NCBI RefSeq assembly: GCF_001194135.2
Contig: NC_068981.1
Location: forward strand, 46,487,482 to 46,539,162
Reading direction: 5' to 3'
Source: Octopus bimaculoides
Taxonomy: Eukaryota
Length of the DNA stretch: 51,681 nucleotides
Shown here: piece by piece, positions 23,872 to 36,685 of the stretch
How positions within the stretch are numbered: position 1 is the first letter of the stretch
How the letters are laid out: every line of letters starts with the position of its first letter
Program-made: the position numbers and the translations under genes
Notes under the pieces: generated by a model
Database searches by the model: none
The model's input: only the letters and a program-made list of their open reading frames with translations
What the model was told of the DNA's origin: nothing

Positions 23872-25121
23872 CAGTGCCAAAGTGCATCCCTTGAACAAGT
23901 TTGCATACATGAGGTTGATAAAATCATAAGACTTAGAAGGCAGCTCCTTCAGCAGCATTCTTTGATAACATACTATACGTGCCGAAAGAATTCGCACGAC
24001 ACTACCGCAATGTATCATCTTATGAAGAGATAAGCCTGTATGAGCAGAAAAAAATATGCATGGATTTAGTAATGAAAAGCGTCGCGATGATTGTAACATC
24101 GGTCGTCAAAGCAGATTATCATGGACCAGTAGTCGGATTACTATCTCCCACTTTGAAGAGTATACATCTGCAGTCCAGGAACAGGAAATATCAACCAAGC
24201 ACCTGATGAGCAAAAAGGATAGAGATGCAGGTAAAGCAGTAAACTGTGACAACCTATTCAGACTTTGTGGAGTTAATACCGAAGATATCACCCTTATCAT
24301 AAGCAGTTGTCCGAAAATGCCACCACGGTATTATCTACCAATGAGACACAATGTTGTAGCAAGGAAATTCTGTAATAAAATCCGTCGTAATGATAATCCC
24401 GAGGACAAAGGAATAAGAACCCTCCGTATAGTAGAAGACATAGCCACTCCTTATAAAAGGAGTACTGGTGGAATGTCCCAATGAAGACCTAAATAAAATG
24501 TAAGCACAACAGACCTGATATAATTATTTGTGAGGGGGAAGAGAAACTGTACACAGTTGTGGATATTATCTGCCCAGCGGATGTTATCATAGAGCTGAAG
24601 CTCAGTGAGAAAGAGAATAACTACGCTGAACTATTGAGGAATCTGCAGTTATTCTATCCAGATTAAAAGTTCATGTTTATACCAGTAAATAGGGTGGCAC
24701 TACCATATGTAACACAATTCATAAATACCAATCTTGACAACCAGAAAGAAGAAAGCTAATTTGAAGTCTACAGATCCAATCTATCACTCGAACCGTAAAA
24801 ATCTGTAAAACTTTCCAGATGTTTACATTTAAATATATATGATCATGTCTAGCTATGCAACTATATGCATGAGTATGCATACATAAAGAATAACATGCAA
24901 ATCTGCACGTATGCATACATGCATATTTACATGCATACATACATGCATACATACATAAAAACATTCATACACACTACATACATACATACATGCATACATA
25001 CAAACAAACAAAAATACCCTGTTGTTGACATTGAAATTCCAACGAAGGAGCCTTTGATCTAGGTTAGAAATCGGTTCTTTCTCTATTGGCAAGAAATTTT
25101 GAAATAAAGTGGATAATGACA
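23872..25121 (+). mobile_element. 5'-truncated R4/Dong-like RLE retrotransposon, family D, with (CATA)n tail
   Basis: MHGF..SHFEEYTSAVQEQEISTKHL..FRLCGVNTEDITLIISSCPKM..RHNVVA (decayed CCHC), then shifted YWWNVPMKT*IKCKHNRPDIII..VVDIICP..KENNYAELLRNL (RLE), then a 3' UTR ending in (CATA)n. Confidence 0.88.
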
Positions 25122-25251
25122 TACATACATACACACATACATGCATGCATACCTACATACAAACACACAAACTCGCATGCCTACACACATGCATACATGC
25201 ATGCATAAATACATATATACATACATAATACATGCATACATCAAGTTTATA

Positions 25252-25461
25252 GTTTAAGTATATATGAGCATGTCTAGATATGCAAGTATATGCATGAGAA
25301 GAAATACACAAAACAAAACGAACAAATCTGCACGTATACATACAAACAAAAATACCACGCTATTGACATTAAAATTCCAATGAAGGAGCCTTGTGTCTAG
25401 GTTAGAAACCAGCTCTTTCTGTATTGAGAAGAAATCTTGAAATAAAACTGAATAATGACAT
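25252..25461 (+). mobile_element. Family D 3'-UTR-only copy
   Basis: Colinear with 24829-25121; ends in a CATA-type repeat. Confidence 0.85.
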
Positions 25462-25495
25462 TCATACATACATGAATACATATACACATACAAAT

Positions 25496-25606
25496 GAAAA
25501 TACTGTTGTTGATGATGAAATTGCAATGAATGTGCCTTAAATCTAGGTTGGAAACCAGCTCTTTCTCTATTGGCAAGAGATCTTGAAATAAATTTGAACA
25601 ATGACA
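25496..25606 (+). mobile_element. Family D terminal ~110-bp copy
   Basis: Matches 25010-25121 and 25347-25461; ends in (CATA)n. Confidence 0.85.
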
Positions 25607-26064
25607 TACATACATACATACATGCATACGTGCATGCATGAATACATACATACATACACACATACATACATACATACATACACACATACATACACACATA
25701 CAGACATTATATACATACATACAAAAGTAGTGAATTATTAGAATTTTTCCTCAACTTGTTATATCCGACATTTCCATCCTTCCGTCATCATATGATTACC
25801 GATAATTATTCTAATGCTCTATTATCAAAAGGAATACTTGTAAATTTCTAATATCGTATCAGTGCCTAGTCATCCAAACTGTAAACGGCCGTTTTCTATC
25901 TCTGTTCTTTTAAATACTTACACATACACACATACATGCACACAAATAGTGAAAGAGGGTGAGATATGGAAAGAGAGAGAGAGAGAGAGGGGTGGGAAAA
26001 AGAGACATAGAAGATAGACAGAGAAGATAGACAGAGAAATACACAGACAGAGAATTGAATTGTT

Positions 26065-26165
26065 AAGGTGGTGAGTTGGCCGATCATTACAGTGGCAGAT
26101 AGAATAATTTACTGAATAAGTTCCCTCCCACTGGGTCTAGAGTGCAAATGTCATCGAGGTCATTC
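26065..26165 (+). mobile_element. SINE S1 head, very degenerate
   Basis: AAGGTGGTGAGTTGGCCGATCATTA versus AAGGCGGTGAACTGGCCGAATCGTTA at 21714. Confidence 0.4.
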
Positions 26166-28066
26166 CTTCTGAGTTGAAACAAAGAACCACCTGAGTACTA
26201 GGATTCTTTCATTTCTACTTCTCTCGCATATTCTCTCTCTATTTCTCCCTCACTCTTTCCTCTTTCGTTTTCTGAATTCTGCCAGCAATTCAATGACCCA
26301 TTCTTGTCAATTTCAGCCAAACTGATTTAGCTGAGAAATGCTTTCATAGCACACATGACTGTGGTATAAACAGCCAATTCCAATTTAATTTTACGAGTGA
26401 AACTTCAGTAGCCCCATCTAAATGTTGATCTTGAAGATCGTCAGAGTGTCTATCACTTACCCTTATTTCATGTTTTATCTCTTTCTCATTTGCCACGAAC
26501 TTTTCTTTTCCTTTTCCCCAACGCTAAAACTCTTCTGCGGTGTAAGCGGTCGCCTTGTTCAGCGTGGTTCGTATTCCGAACACATTTTTTCTAACAACAT
26601 ACTTTCTTCTGCGATTCTCTTTTTCTAGGATTCTTGGCAAATATTGATTTTGCACATACACTTTCTGGTATCATATCTCAATGGCCATTTCTTTCTTTTT
26701 ATATTCCACTTCGCAATTTCACCCCTTTTTAGTTTCCTCTGTATCTACGCGTTTCAATTTGTTTGTTTGTTTGTTCTTTCGTTTTTTGCGTCAAATGTTC
26801 TCTATGACGCTTACTACAAAGTTTTTGTATATACGTGTGCGTGCGTGTACGTGTGTGTGTGTGTGTGTGTGCGCGCGCGTTTGTGTGTGAAAACTACATG
26901 AAGAAGGTTACAAAACGGCAGGAGACGCGTGGTTAAGTAAATGTATATATATATTCACCTCTTATTTCCTAACATTATGTATTTTTGTACATACATAAAT
27001 GTGTGTGTGTGTGTTTGTGTATATGTGCGTGTGTGTTTGTGTATGTGTGTGTGTGTGTGTTTGTGTATGTGTGTGTGAATCTCTTTGTGTGTGCGCGCGT
27101 GTATGTGCGTGCGTGTGTGTGTCTGTCTGTGCACGTATGCGAGTGTGTGTGTGAGGATGTATGTGTTTATGCATGTATATCGTGTCCACTATTGCGCATG
27201 GAATTTATTCGCTTTACTTATTGCTCATTCAAGGACTTGAATAAAGAATCAGGATTATTTTTTTTATATTTGAAGGCCACGTTGTATTCTATGTAATCTA
27301 ATAAACCTACAATAAAGAAAATACTATGAAATATAAGAGTATGAGAGGAAATGTAATTATTCTTTATTCATAAAAATGAAATTATAATTATTAAATTAAG
27401 AAACAAAACGTAAACTTTTATGATCTTTTAAAGAATTAATAACAATTTTGAGAGTTTAAGACCATTAAAATATAATGCCATCCATGAATCAATTATATAT
27501 ATATCGGTATTTGTGTGTGCGTGTGTGCACATGCACGTGCGGAGGAAATGTGTGTGTGTGTGCACATGTATGTGCGGGGTGAATGTGTGTGTGTGTGTGT
27601 GCATGCGTATGCGTGCATGTATATATATATATATATATATATTATATTGAAAAATTCTAAGCTTTTTTCAGAAGGATGCTAGTCAACAATGTTCAGCTTA
27701 TGTGCAATTTTATGACCATACGATTGCCATTATTGTCTTCTTATTTCATGAGAAAATGACTAGCAAAATTCTATCAACCCATTTTGAAAGACAAAAACGG
27801 AAATTTTTTGAAAGCTGTGTATTATCATTTGATAAACTTTCATGTAAGTTTCTCGTTAGACATATGTGCATTGTCTTTTCTAAAATGAATTGATCTCACA
27901 TCAATGCATGAATGTGTGAGTACACAAAGACACACACATCCACACACAAACACACACGCACATCCACACACACACACGCACTCACACTCACATACACATA
28001 CACATACACACACAAACACACACACACACACAAACAAACACACACAAACACACACACACACAAACA

Positions 28067-28100
<34 letters not shown>

Positions 28101-29757
28101 NNNNNNNNNNNNNNNNNNNNNNNNNNNNNNNNNNNNNNNNNNNNNNNNNNNNNNNNNNNNNNNNNNNNNNNNNNNNNNNNNNNNNNNNNNNNNNNNNNNN
28201 NNNNNNNNNNNNNNNNNNNNNNNNNNNNNNNNNNNNNNNNNNNNNNNNNNNNNNNNNNNNNNNNNNNNNNNNNNNNNNNNNNNNNNNNNNNNNNNNNNNN
28301 NNNNNNNNNNNNNNNNNNNNNNNNNNNNNNNNNNNNNNNNNNNNNNNNNNNNNNNNNNNNNNNNNNNNNNNNNNNNNNNNNNNNNNNNNNNNNNNNNNNN
28401 NNNNNNNNNNNNNNNNNNNNNNNNNNNNNNNNNNNNNNNNNNNNNNNNNNNNNNNNNNNNNNNNNNNNNNNNNNNNNNNNNNNNNNNNNNNNNNNNNNNN
28501 NNNNNNNNNNNNNNNNNNNNNNNNNNNNNNNNNNNNNNNNNNNNNNNNNNNNNNNNNNNNNNNNNNNNNNNNNNNNNNNNNNNNNNNNNNNNNNNNNNNN
28601 NNNNNNNNNNNNNNNNNNNNNNNNNNNNNNNNNNNNNNNNNNNNNNNNNNNNNNNNNNNNNNNNNNNNNNNNNNNNNNNNNNNNNNNNNNNNNNNNNNNN
28701 NNNNNNNNNNNNNNNNNNNNNNNNNATATATATATATATATAAAGAATATGAGGGGTCTAGTTAGTTTACTGGAGATATAAACGGATAGGTATGCTACGT
28801 AAGTGCTACAATTGGTCATCCGCTATGTTCGGAGTTCACAGATGAGGCTGGAGCTAGGGATCCGTATTGCGCTTCTGTGTAAGCAGATATTTCTTAGGAG
28901 GGAAAAGGATAACAAAAACCGAGGCGGGGCGAGCAACTCCAGTTATATGGAATAATTTAATATTTTAATTAATGTATATTTACCATAATTAGATTATTCT
29001 ATATGATTTGACATACTGGTCTTGCCTTGATATTTGTTGTCCTTTTTTCCACTGATATATATATATATGTATACACGAGAGGTACCCAAATGAAACCAGA
29101 ATTTCGCAATATTATTTTATTCACTTGGTTTTACATGTTTCATGCTTCAAGCGAACTACGATGCTCTCCTATATATATATATATATATATATNNNNNNNN
29201 NNNNNNNNNNNNNNNNNNNNNNNNNNNNNNNNNNNNNNNNNNNNNNNNNNNNNNNNNNNNNNNNNNNNNNNNNNNNNNNNNNNNNNNNNNNNNNNNNNNN
29301 NNNNNNNNNNNNNNNNNNNNNNNNNNNNNNNNNNNNNNNNNNNNNNNNNNNNNNNNNNNNNNNNNNNNNNNNNNNNNNNNNNNNNNNNNNNNNNNNNNNN
29401 NNNNNNNNNNNNNNNNNNNNNNNNNNNNNNNNNNNNNNNNNNNNNNNNNNNNNNNNNNNNNNNNNNNNNNNNNNNNNNNNNNNNNNNNNNNNNNNNNNNN
29501 NNNNNNNNNNNNNNNNNNNNNNNNNNNNNNNNNNNNNNNNNNNNNNNNNNNNNNNNNNNNNNNNNNNNNNNNNNNNNNNNNNNNNNNNNNNNNNNNNNNN
29601 NNNNNNNNNNNNNNNNNNNNNNNNNNNNNNNNNNNNNNNNNNNNNNNNNNNNNNNNNNNNNNNNNNNNNNNNNNNNNNNNNNNNNNNNNNNNNNNNNNNN
29701 NNNNNNNNNNNNNNNNNNNNNNNNNNNNNNNNNNNNNNNNNNNNNNNNNNNNNNNNN

Positions 29758-29789
<32 letters not shown>

Positions 29790-29791
<2 letters not shown>

Positions 29792-29895
29792 CCTTGTGGT
29801 TGTTTCCCACCACCATTTGACAGTCGGTGTGGGTTTGCCTAAATCCTCGTAACTTAGCGATTGATTCCACAAACGAGACGGCAAATACATTCTAG
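29790..29895 (+). mobile_element. SINE S2, tail fragment after (GT)n
   Basis: CCATTTGACAGTCGGTGTGGGTTT..CGTAACTTAGCG resembles 14121-14200. Confidence 0.55.
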
Positions 29896-30100
29896 TTTGT
29901 GCCCAAGAATGCTTGCATTCCAGTGAGTGAAACAAATGAAAAGTAAGTTATACTACATTCATTAGCTTTCAAGAGATAAACGAAACTTGCACGACAGCTC
30001 ACATTTCTATTCTGTCGTTTGATTTGTTACTAATTGTAACGAAATCCATCATGAATCTCACATTTAATTTTCCTAAAAGAACCGACGTATTAAATAAATA

Positions 30101-30218
30101 TATATCAGCTATAGCGGCAGTATTAATACTGAGAGTTAATGTATATCCCCAATTAAATATGGATGTTCTGTTAGAACAGAATATACTGCGATAGATGCTG
30201 TGAAGGAAACGTTCATAG
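30101..30218. repeat. Dispersed repeat family Y, copy 1
   Basis: Colinear with 41755-41874. Contains palindrome CAGTATTAATACTG and inverted repeat TTCTGTT-AG-AACAGAA. Confidence 0.75.
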
Positions 30219-30407
30219 TGTATTTGTACTCTTGATTACATCGCCTGTGGTGAAATAAATCTTCGCCGTCTTCAGCGTCGAAACCACCATATCACGTGAT
30301 TTTGAATTTATTTGTTGTTGCGACTAAATTCTCCGCCATCGATATACAGAAATAAAAGGAAATGTTTGAAAAACAGGAAAAAATGTTTCGGGCGAGTTCT
30401 AAAACAG

Positions 30408-30602
30408 ATTTGGATTTTAAAGTTTGGAACTGGGCCGGAGGTGGGAGTTGGGATATTCGATAACACTGATGCTTATTTTACCACAAAAATGACGAGGGTC
30501 AGAGTCGATTTTAACGGAACTTGAACACAGAACGTAAAAACAGTCGAAATGCTGCTAAGTATTTTATCCGGCATGCTAATGATTCTATCAGTTCGTTGTC
30601 TT
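30408..30602 (-). mobile_element. SINE S1, degenerate
   Basis: GAACTTGAACACAGAACGTAAA..CGAAATGCTGCTAAG.ATTTT.TCCGGCATGCTAA.GATTCT matches 9269-9474. Confidence 0.7.
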
Positions 30603-31229
30603 TTATCTAAAACAGAATAGGCTACTAGTTATTTGATCTGGCCCATCATGTGCCTAAGCAACAAAAAACGAAAACAAACTAAACAAAAGTAATAACACAA
30701 AAGAAACACAATTACAACATCAACAAAATAACAACAATATCTTCAACAACGCCGACTTTAATTTAAAATATTCAGAATCATATTCAATATATTAAAGATC
30801 TATAAAGTCTTCGAAGTGAAATAACTGTCAACAACACCAGGAAAAAACAAAGACGGAATATATGTACGTATGAATTAAAGAATTATCGTTTTTCTCTCTA
30901 TGTGCTAATTGATCAGCCTTTAAAAAAGAACCAGCAATGATATTGAAAGCTTGCAGAGGAAAACATTTAGATAAGCTATTATTTATCTGAAAAGTAATAC
31001 TTCTTTCTTATTGTGTATTTCTAATCTTAAGATAAATTAGCTAGGAGATAATTTATCGATCGCCGATATGTTCTCCTGGGAATTATTTAACACTTTAGAG
31101 TTTTGTTATGAATGGTAGTTCATACAGTAGATATGAAGGTGTTATATGTTCTGCATATTCATAGATTTATGTTTTTCTTGTCTTTTTAGCTACATTCTTT
31201 AAATATACAAATATATGCATTTTTGTGTT

Positions 31230-31234
<5 letters not shown>

Positions 31235-31321
<87 letters not shown>
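31235..31321. repeat. (TA)n microsatellite
   Basis: Perfect run of about 43 units. Confidence 0.98.
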
Positions 31322-31324
<3 letters not shown>

Positions 31325-32474
31325 GTACATATAAACTTGTACATATATGTACATATATACCTGTACATATACGAATGTGTGTGATGTGCTATGTGGTTGC
31401 ATCGGCGCACTAAGCATATGTACATATACATACTTATGTACATATATTTCATACGAACTTCTATGAGCTACAGGCACAGTTACGTGTCAATTTAATAATG
31501 CTACATTTTTATTCCTTAAAAAAAAAAATGTTTTCCTAATTTACACTAGATATCATAGTGTGGAAGAGCAAAAAGATACTTAGGAAAATAGACTTACAAA
31601 GTCTTTACTCATACTCATAAACAAATGTTTGTTAATTAGTACACATATAATTAGTAGACATACTTGTTGTTTGAAAAGCTCATATGATAGATAATTAACA
31701 TCCTCAAACGTCGCGTTAGTATTCTAGTTTCTCTACAATTTCCTTGACTGGAGACAATATTAATTGTCTACAGAGAATCAAATAACATACATTACGAGTG
31801 GGAACATCTAGATAAGAAAGTAATTTTATTGTGCTATAATTTGAAAGTTTTATATATTCTTTTTTTTTTTGTAATAAATTCACATGCATAATATCGTGCG
31901 GATGAATAAGCACATAAACAAAATTACACATTTGTATATATATGTGTGTGTTTGAGTGTATGCGTGCGCGCGCATGTGTGTGTATGCGTGTGTGTGAGCA
32001 GGTATGTTTGTCTATGTGTATGTGTTCGTGATAACTAGTCACTCGACTACTTCGCAAACCATATATCCATTCGTGTAATCGATGCATTTCAACAGAAAGC
32101 GTACTCTACAACTAATTAAAAAGTATATGCGGCTAATAGTCATGTATATGTGTAAAAAAAAAAAAAGGATGGATCCTGAGTACACCTGTATAGTGAATCC
32201 CTCGTATACGCATGCATTCCAAGGTACCTCTATGTGGCCTGCTTGTTTTTGTACCTTGTTTATCATTTTGTCCATGTTTTTCTTTGGAACGTCATCTACC
32301 CAGATATGTATCTATATGTACATGTAGATGAAGGTATGCACATACATGTACATATATATGCATATACTCATATATTGTTTGTACATATATACATACTTAT
32401 ACACATATGTACTCGCACACATACAAGGGTTGTGTGAGTATGTGTGTGTGTGTGCGTGTATGTGTGTGTGTGCG

Positions 32475-32526
<52 letters not shown>

Positions 32527-32757
32527 TGCATGGCTGTGCATGGAACTGCCACTGCATCAAAATATTCCATTGGACTTCAATTTTGCCATGCAGAAGTGGA
32601 TTAGACTGACACGCTGCAATAGAATAAGCATAATTTTCCACTCCACTCCAAATATTGAGTTCTACATGAGATAGAGTCTGTTCTATGTAAAATATTTAGC
32701 ACCATACACTTTCTAATTCTTACATGTTAAATACCTATCTATCTCTCTATCTCTCTC

Positions 32758-32831
<74 letters not shown>

Positions 32832-33377
32832 AATATATCTATCTGTCTGTCTCTAACTATCTGTATCTATGTCCATATGTGTGTGTGTGATTTTTAAAAA
32901 ATCGGAGAAAAAGACAAGAGAAAGCAACGATGCAAGTTCGTACCACTTGCAAAGTATTGATAAGACGATCAGAAAAGGAAAGAGTGGATATTTCACGTTT
33001 AAAGCATGGCACTTCTTCGGAAACTGGAGTCATTGGAAAGTCCAAAAGGAAAAGGAGAGAGGGGGGGGGGGGAATCGCCAACTGTCCATCTGTTGTTACA
33101 TTTTTGAAATGACTGGAAGTAGATGGACAAAGTGCTTTCCGGGACTGGAGAGTGTAAAGAATGGTTGGTATTTGTGCGCATGTGAGTGTGTGTATGCGCG
33201 TGTGTGGTGGCATGTGTGTGTGATAGCATATGTGTGTATGGTAGCGTGTGTGTATGTATGGTACCGTGTGTGTGTGTGATAGTGTATGTGCTTGTGGTGG
33301 GGGTAGCATGTGAGTGTGTGTGATACAGTGTATATGTGTGCCAGTAACGGAGCGTATGTGTGTGTGTGTGTGTGTGT

Positions 33378-33500
33378 ATGGTGGTAACTGTGTGTGTGTG
33401 TGTGTGTGTATGGTGGTAAATGTGTGTGTGTGCATGGTGGTAACTGTGTGTGTGTGAGAGAAGTGTGGTATTAATTGTGTGTCTGTGTGGTATTAACTGT
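33378..33500. repeat. Short minisatellite ATGGTGGTAACTG(TG)n
   Basis: Three clear and two degenerate units inside a GT-rich tract. Confidence 0.7.
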
Positions 33501-34130
33501 TTACATGTGCTTGTGATCTCTGAGTGGTCAGTGTGTTTGTGTCGATCTCATAGTGAGAGATCAGCAGCTATAGCGACAGGTTTGTCTATGGGTGGTTATG
33601 GAAGTGTGTGTATATATGTGTTTTAGCACGTGTGCGTATATAGGAGTCAGGGGCAGTTTGAATGGTGTCTGAGAGACAGTCTGAAGAAATCTGAAGGGTG
33701 TATGAATTGGTGGGTGTGGATGTGTTTGTGTTGGCATGTGTACGTACGTGGAGTGCGAATGTGTGTATGTGCGTATGTGTGAACATGTGTATGTTTGCGT
33801 GTGTATGCCTCACTCTTTCTGTGCCACTCTGTCTCTCTCCCTTTACATGTATGTGCGTGTGTCTGTGTGTGCGTATTGGAAAGTGTGTGTATGTGCATGC
33901 TTGTGGGTTTGGAAGTGTATGAGTGTGCGTTTTAATAAATGTACAACAGAAGCGCAATAGAAGTGTAACAGGCACGTGAAGGGTATTATTTTCATAAAGA
34001 AACATAAGTAGGGGTGGGAAAACGTTTTCTTCTAGTATCTATCTCTTAACAACAAAGAAAGGATTCAACATTTAGAGAAGCTATATTAGGGCTTATATCA
34101 ATGTTTCTAATACAATAAAAATCCTGCATG

Positions 34131-34405
34131 GATGACACATATTAGTCAAGCTAAAACATACAAAGAGTGTTAACTTCACTTAAGCATTTACTGTTTCTAA
34201 TTTGTTATCAACATTTTCATCGCATGAACTGCAGCCTGATCTCTGCAACGATCACTCTGTTAAAATTACACTGAAACAGTGTACACTTCTCAATGATCAG
34301 GTCGCATATCATATGACGTATTGTTTGACACCGTAATTAATACAAACGAGATGTTTAAGTGAAGCGAACAGTTTTTGCGAGTTTTTAAATGGTTAACGTG
34401 TCTTC
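34131..34405. mobile_element. Old MITE-like element with ~70-bp imperfect terminal inverted repeats
   Basis: 34131-34203 versus the reverse complement of 34335-34405: GA.GACAC..TTA..CA..AAAAC..CAAA..TGTT..CTTCACTTAA.CAT. Confidence 0.6.
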
Positions 34406-35034
34406 TACGCTGCAAACGTTTCAGTTTCAACACTAGATCTCATATCAAGGTGTTTGCCTGGCAAGTAAAACTCATGAACTATACAAATTTCTGCATATAC
34501 TGTTAATTTGTAGATAAAATGTTTATTTATAAAGAAATGCCCATAAGGATGTTTTTTTTTTTATTAATCTTAGGGTTAACTTATAAATACAAATGACATT
34601 GACAGCATGTGACTTCTAACGATGATATTTTGCTATTGTTTCCAGTTATAAGGGGACTTTCATACATATGAGTTTGATACAATGAGCATTACAATGAGTA
34701 TAAATTGGTCCACATTTATATGCACGAATAGAGTTACATACGAATGGACAAAGAAGTAAAAATGTAATTAATGCAGCTATGTTTAAATATTCAGAGTTTT
34801 ATTGTCTTCAGTATGTTTTGCGTATTTCTATGGTGATATGGTTAAATATCTCGGTTTGCATATTATTAATTTTTTTCCATTATCCTAAATACTTTTTCTC
34901 ATTACTCGCTATCATAAAACGATCGAAAAGAATCATTATACTCAAAAATGTAAATTTTATGCATTTTTGTATATATAGACACACTCACACGCTCGCACGC
35001 ACACACACATACGCACACACCACACACATATAAA

Positions 35035-35385
35035 TATATTCATGAAGTCGCCACATATATAACAAAGTAAATCCGGGCTTGCTGTACATCTTCTAGAAGA
35101 AATTTTTGCTTCAAACGATGTGGAACTCTGTGAGGGAATGGAAAGAGCAAATTTTTTAACAGCATACATTTGATTAACAATCAAAATGTTTACAGAATAT
35201 CATTAAAGATGCATTGAAATATAACCTATGATACAATAAAACAAAGTAGGTAGCATATATACATTAGAGAATAGCATGAAGAAATAACAGATATAATAAA
35301 AATGATACGGTTTGACCCAAGCAACGTAACATTGTAAAGCGCCTTTTCCTCTCCTAACTGCTTGCTTATGATTGAAGCCACAGTG
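35035..35385 (-). mobile_element. 5' end of a Chapaev-like (CMC) DNA transposon
   Basis: Minus strand begins CACTGTG at 35385 and later encodes ISSRRCTASPDLLCYICGDF (35103-35041), resembling the Cx(2-3)PDxFCYICG N-terminus of Chapaev transposases; start codon decayed to ATT. Family name from recall. Confidence 0.55.
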
Positions 35386-36638
35386 ATACAAGAACCTTTC
35401 TGTGTAGTTGAAACGGTCTAAATGTTGTTAGACGCATCTTTTTTTTTTAAGTTACACCTATTAATTATACTGTTATAGCTTAATTTACGCCTATTAATTA
35501 TACTGTTACAGTTTATTTAAATATGGCAATTAATAGAAATAATAAAAGACAATAGAAAAATTGGGGTATAATGATAAAATTCAAGTATAATGATAAAATT
35601 CAGGCATAATCGTAAAATCCAATGATTGAGGTTGTGAAGAAACTGCAGGTGATATGATAATTTCTTTGTAATTTTTGTTTAAATCACCAGATAAAATTGA
35701 TCTGTTTCACCAATTGTTGTGAAGCAAATTTTTGATCTCTGACGTATTTGATCACTACCTTATGGAGAAAATTACTAGTAAAAAATTACCGAAAAATAAC
35801 AGAAATGGAGGACAAAAGTATAAAATAACTTAAATGTATTGAATAAAAATTTTTTTCACGGAAGTAAATAATCAACCAACTCTTTCTCCCATTCCTTTTG
35901 CGTGAGTGATAGCTATATTTGCACTGGAAGTTTGCGTACCAGTTATTCCATCATTCTCGCAAGTGTAATAGTTTATTTATTAACACCTTTTTCTATTTAA
36001 ACAAAACATTAGCTAGCAATCATACAAAAAAGTCCTCGATTCTTCATAAATCCTTTTAAATTAGAGACAATTTAGACATAACCATATCAGTCTAGAATAC
36101 GTAGGTTAGCTAAGAATACAGTTCCTATAAACATAATAGTAAATGTTTTATGAAATTTCAAAGGAGTAACAGTTTTGTAATTTCTGAAGGGCTACAGTAC
36201 AAATTAAAATAGTGATGATATTTACGCCTCTCTTGCCAACTAATAAGCTTTAAGAAGAATACGTGAAGATGTAGAAAGACTTATAATTGTATGACGTTAC
36301 CTAACACAATGGATTTTTTTTCTGTACTTGACGATTGCATTATCACGTATATCACAGAGATGTGACTGAGTGACAGTTAGCTTCCACTGAAAATAATGCA
36401 TCTACTTCATGTATAATATACATTCGACGTACTTTGAGCTTTATATACACATACGAATATATACTCACACGCACAAGCGTAAGAGCAATTTCAATGCTTC
36501 TTTTACGAAACGTCAATACCCTTGACTTACCACCATAAATTGACTACATGTCTATAGTTTATATATAGGCATGTTTATATACAGACATAGATTTAGATGT
36601 ATTCCTATATAATTGAACACTTTTACTGATTTATACAT

Positions 36639-36685
<47 letters not shown>

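Noticed and set aside
25010-25606. CRISPR-like or satellite array
   Set aside because: Units are about 110 bp, diverged, irregularly spaced and equal to the 3' end of the adjacent retrotransposon; the context is eukaryotic.
26440-26600. Minus-strand exon ending at AGG|GTAAGT (about 26460)
   Set aside because: No convincing acceptor, and stops in all frames; an isolated donor match is expected by chance.
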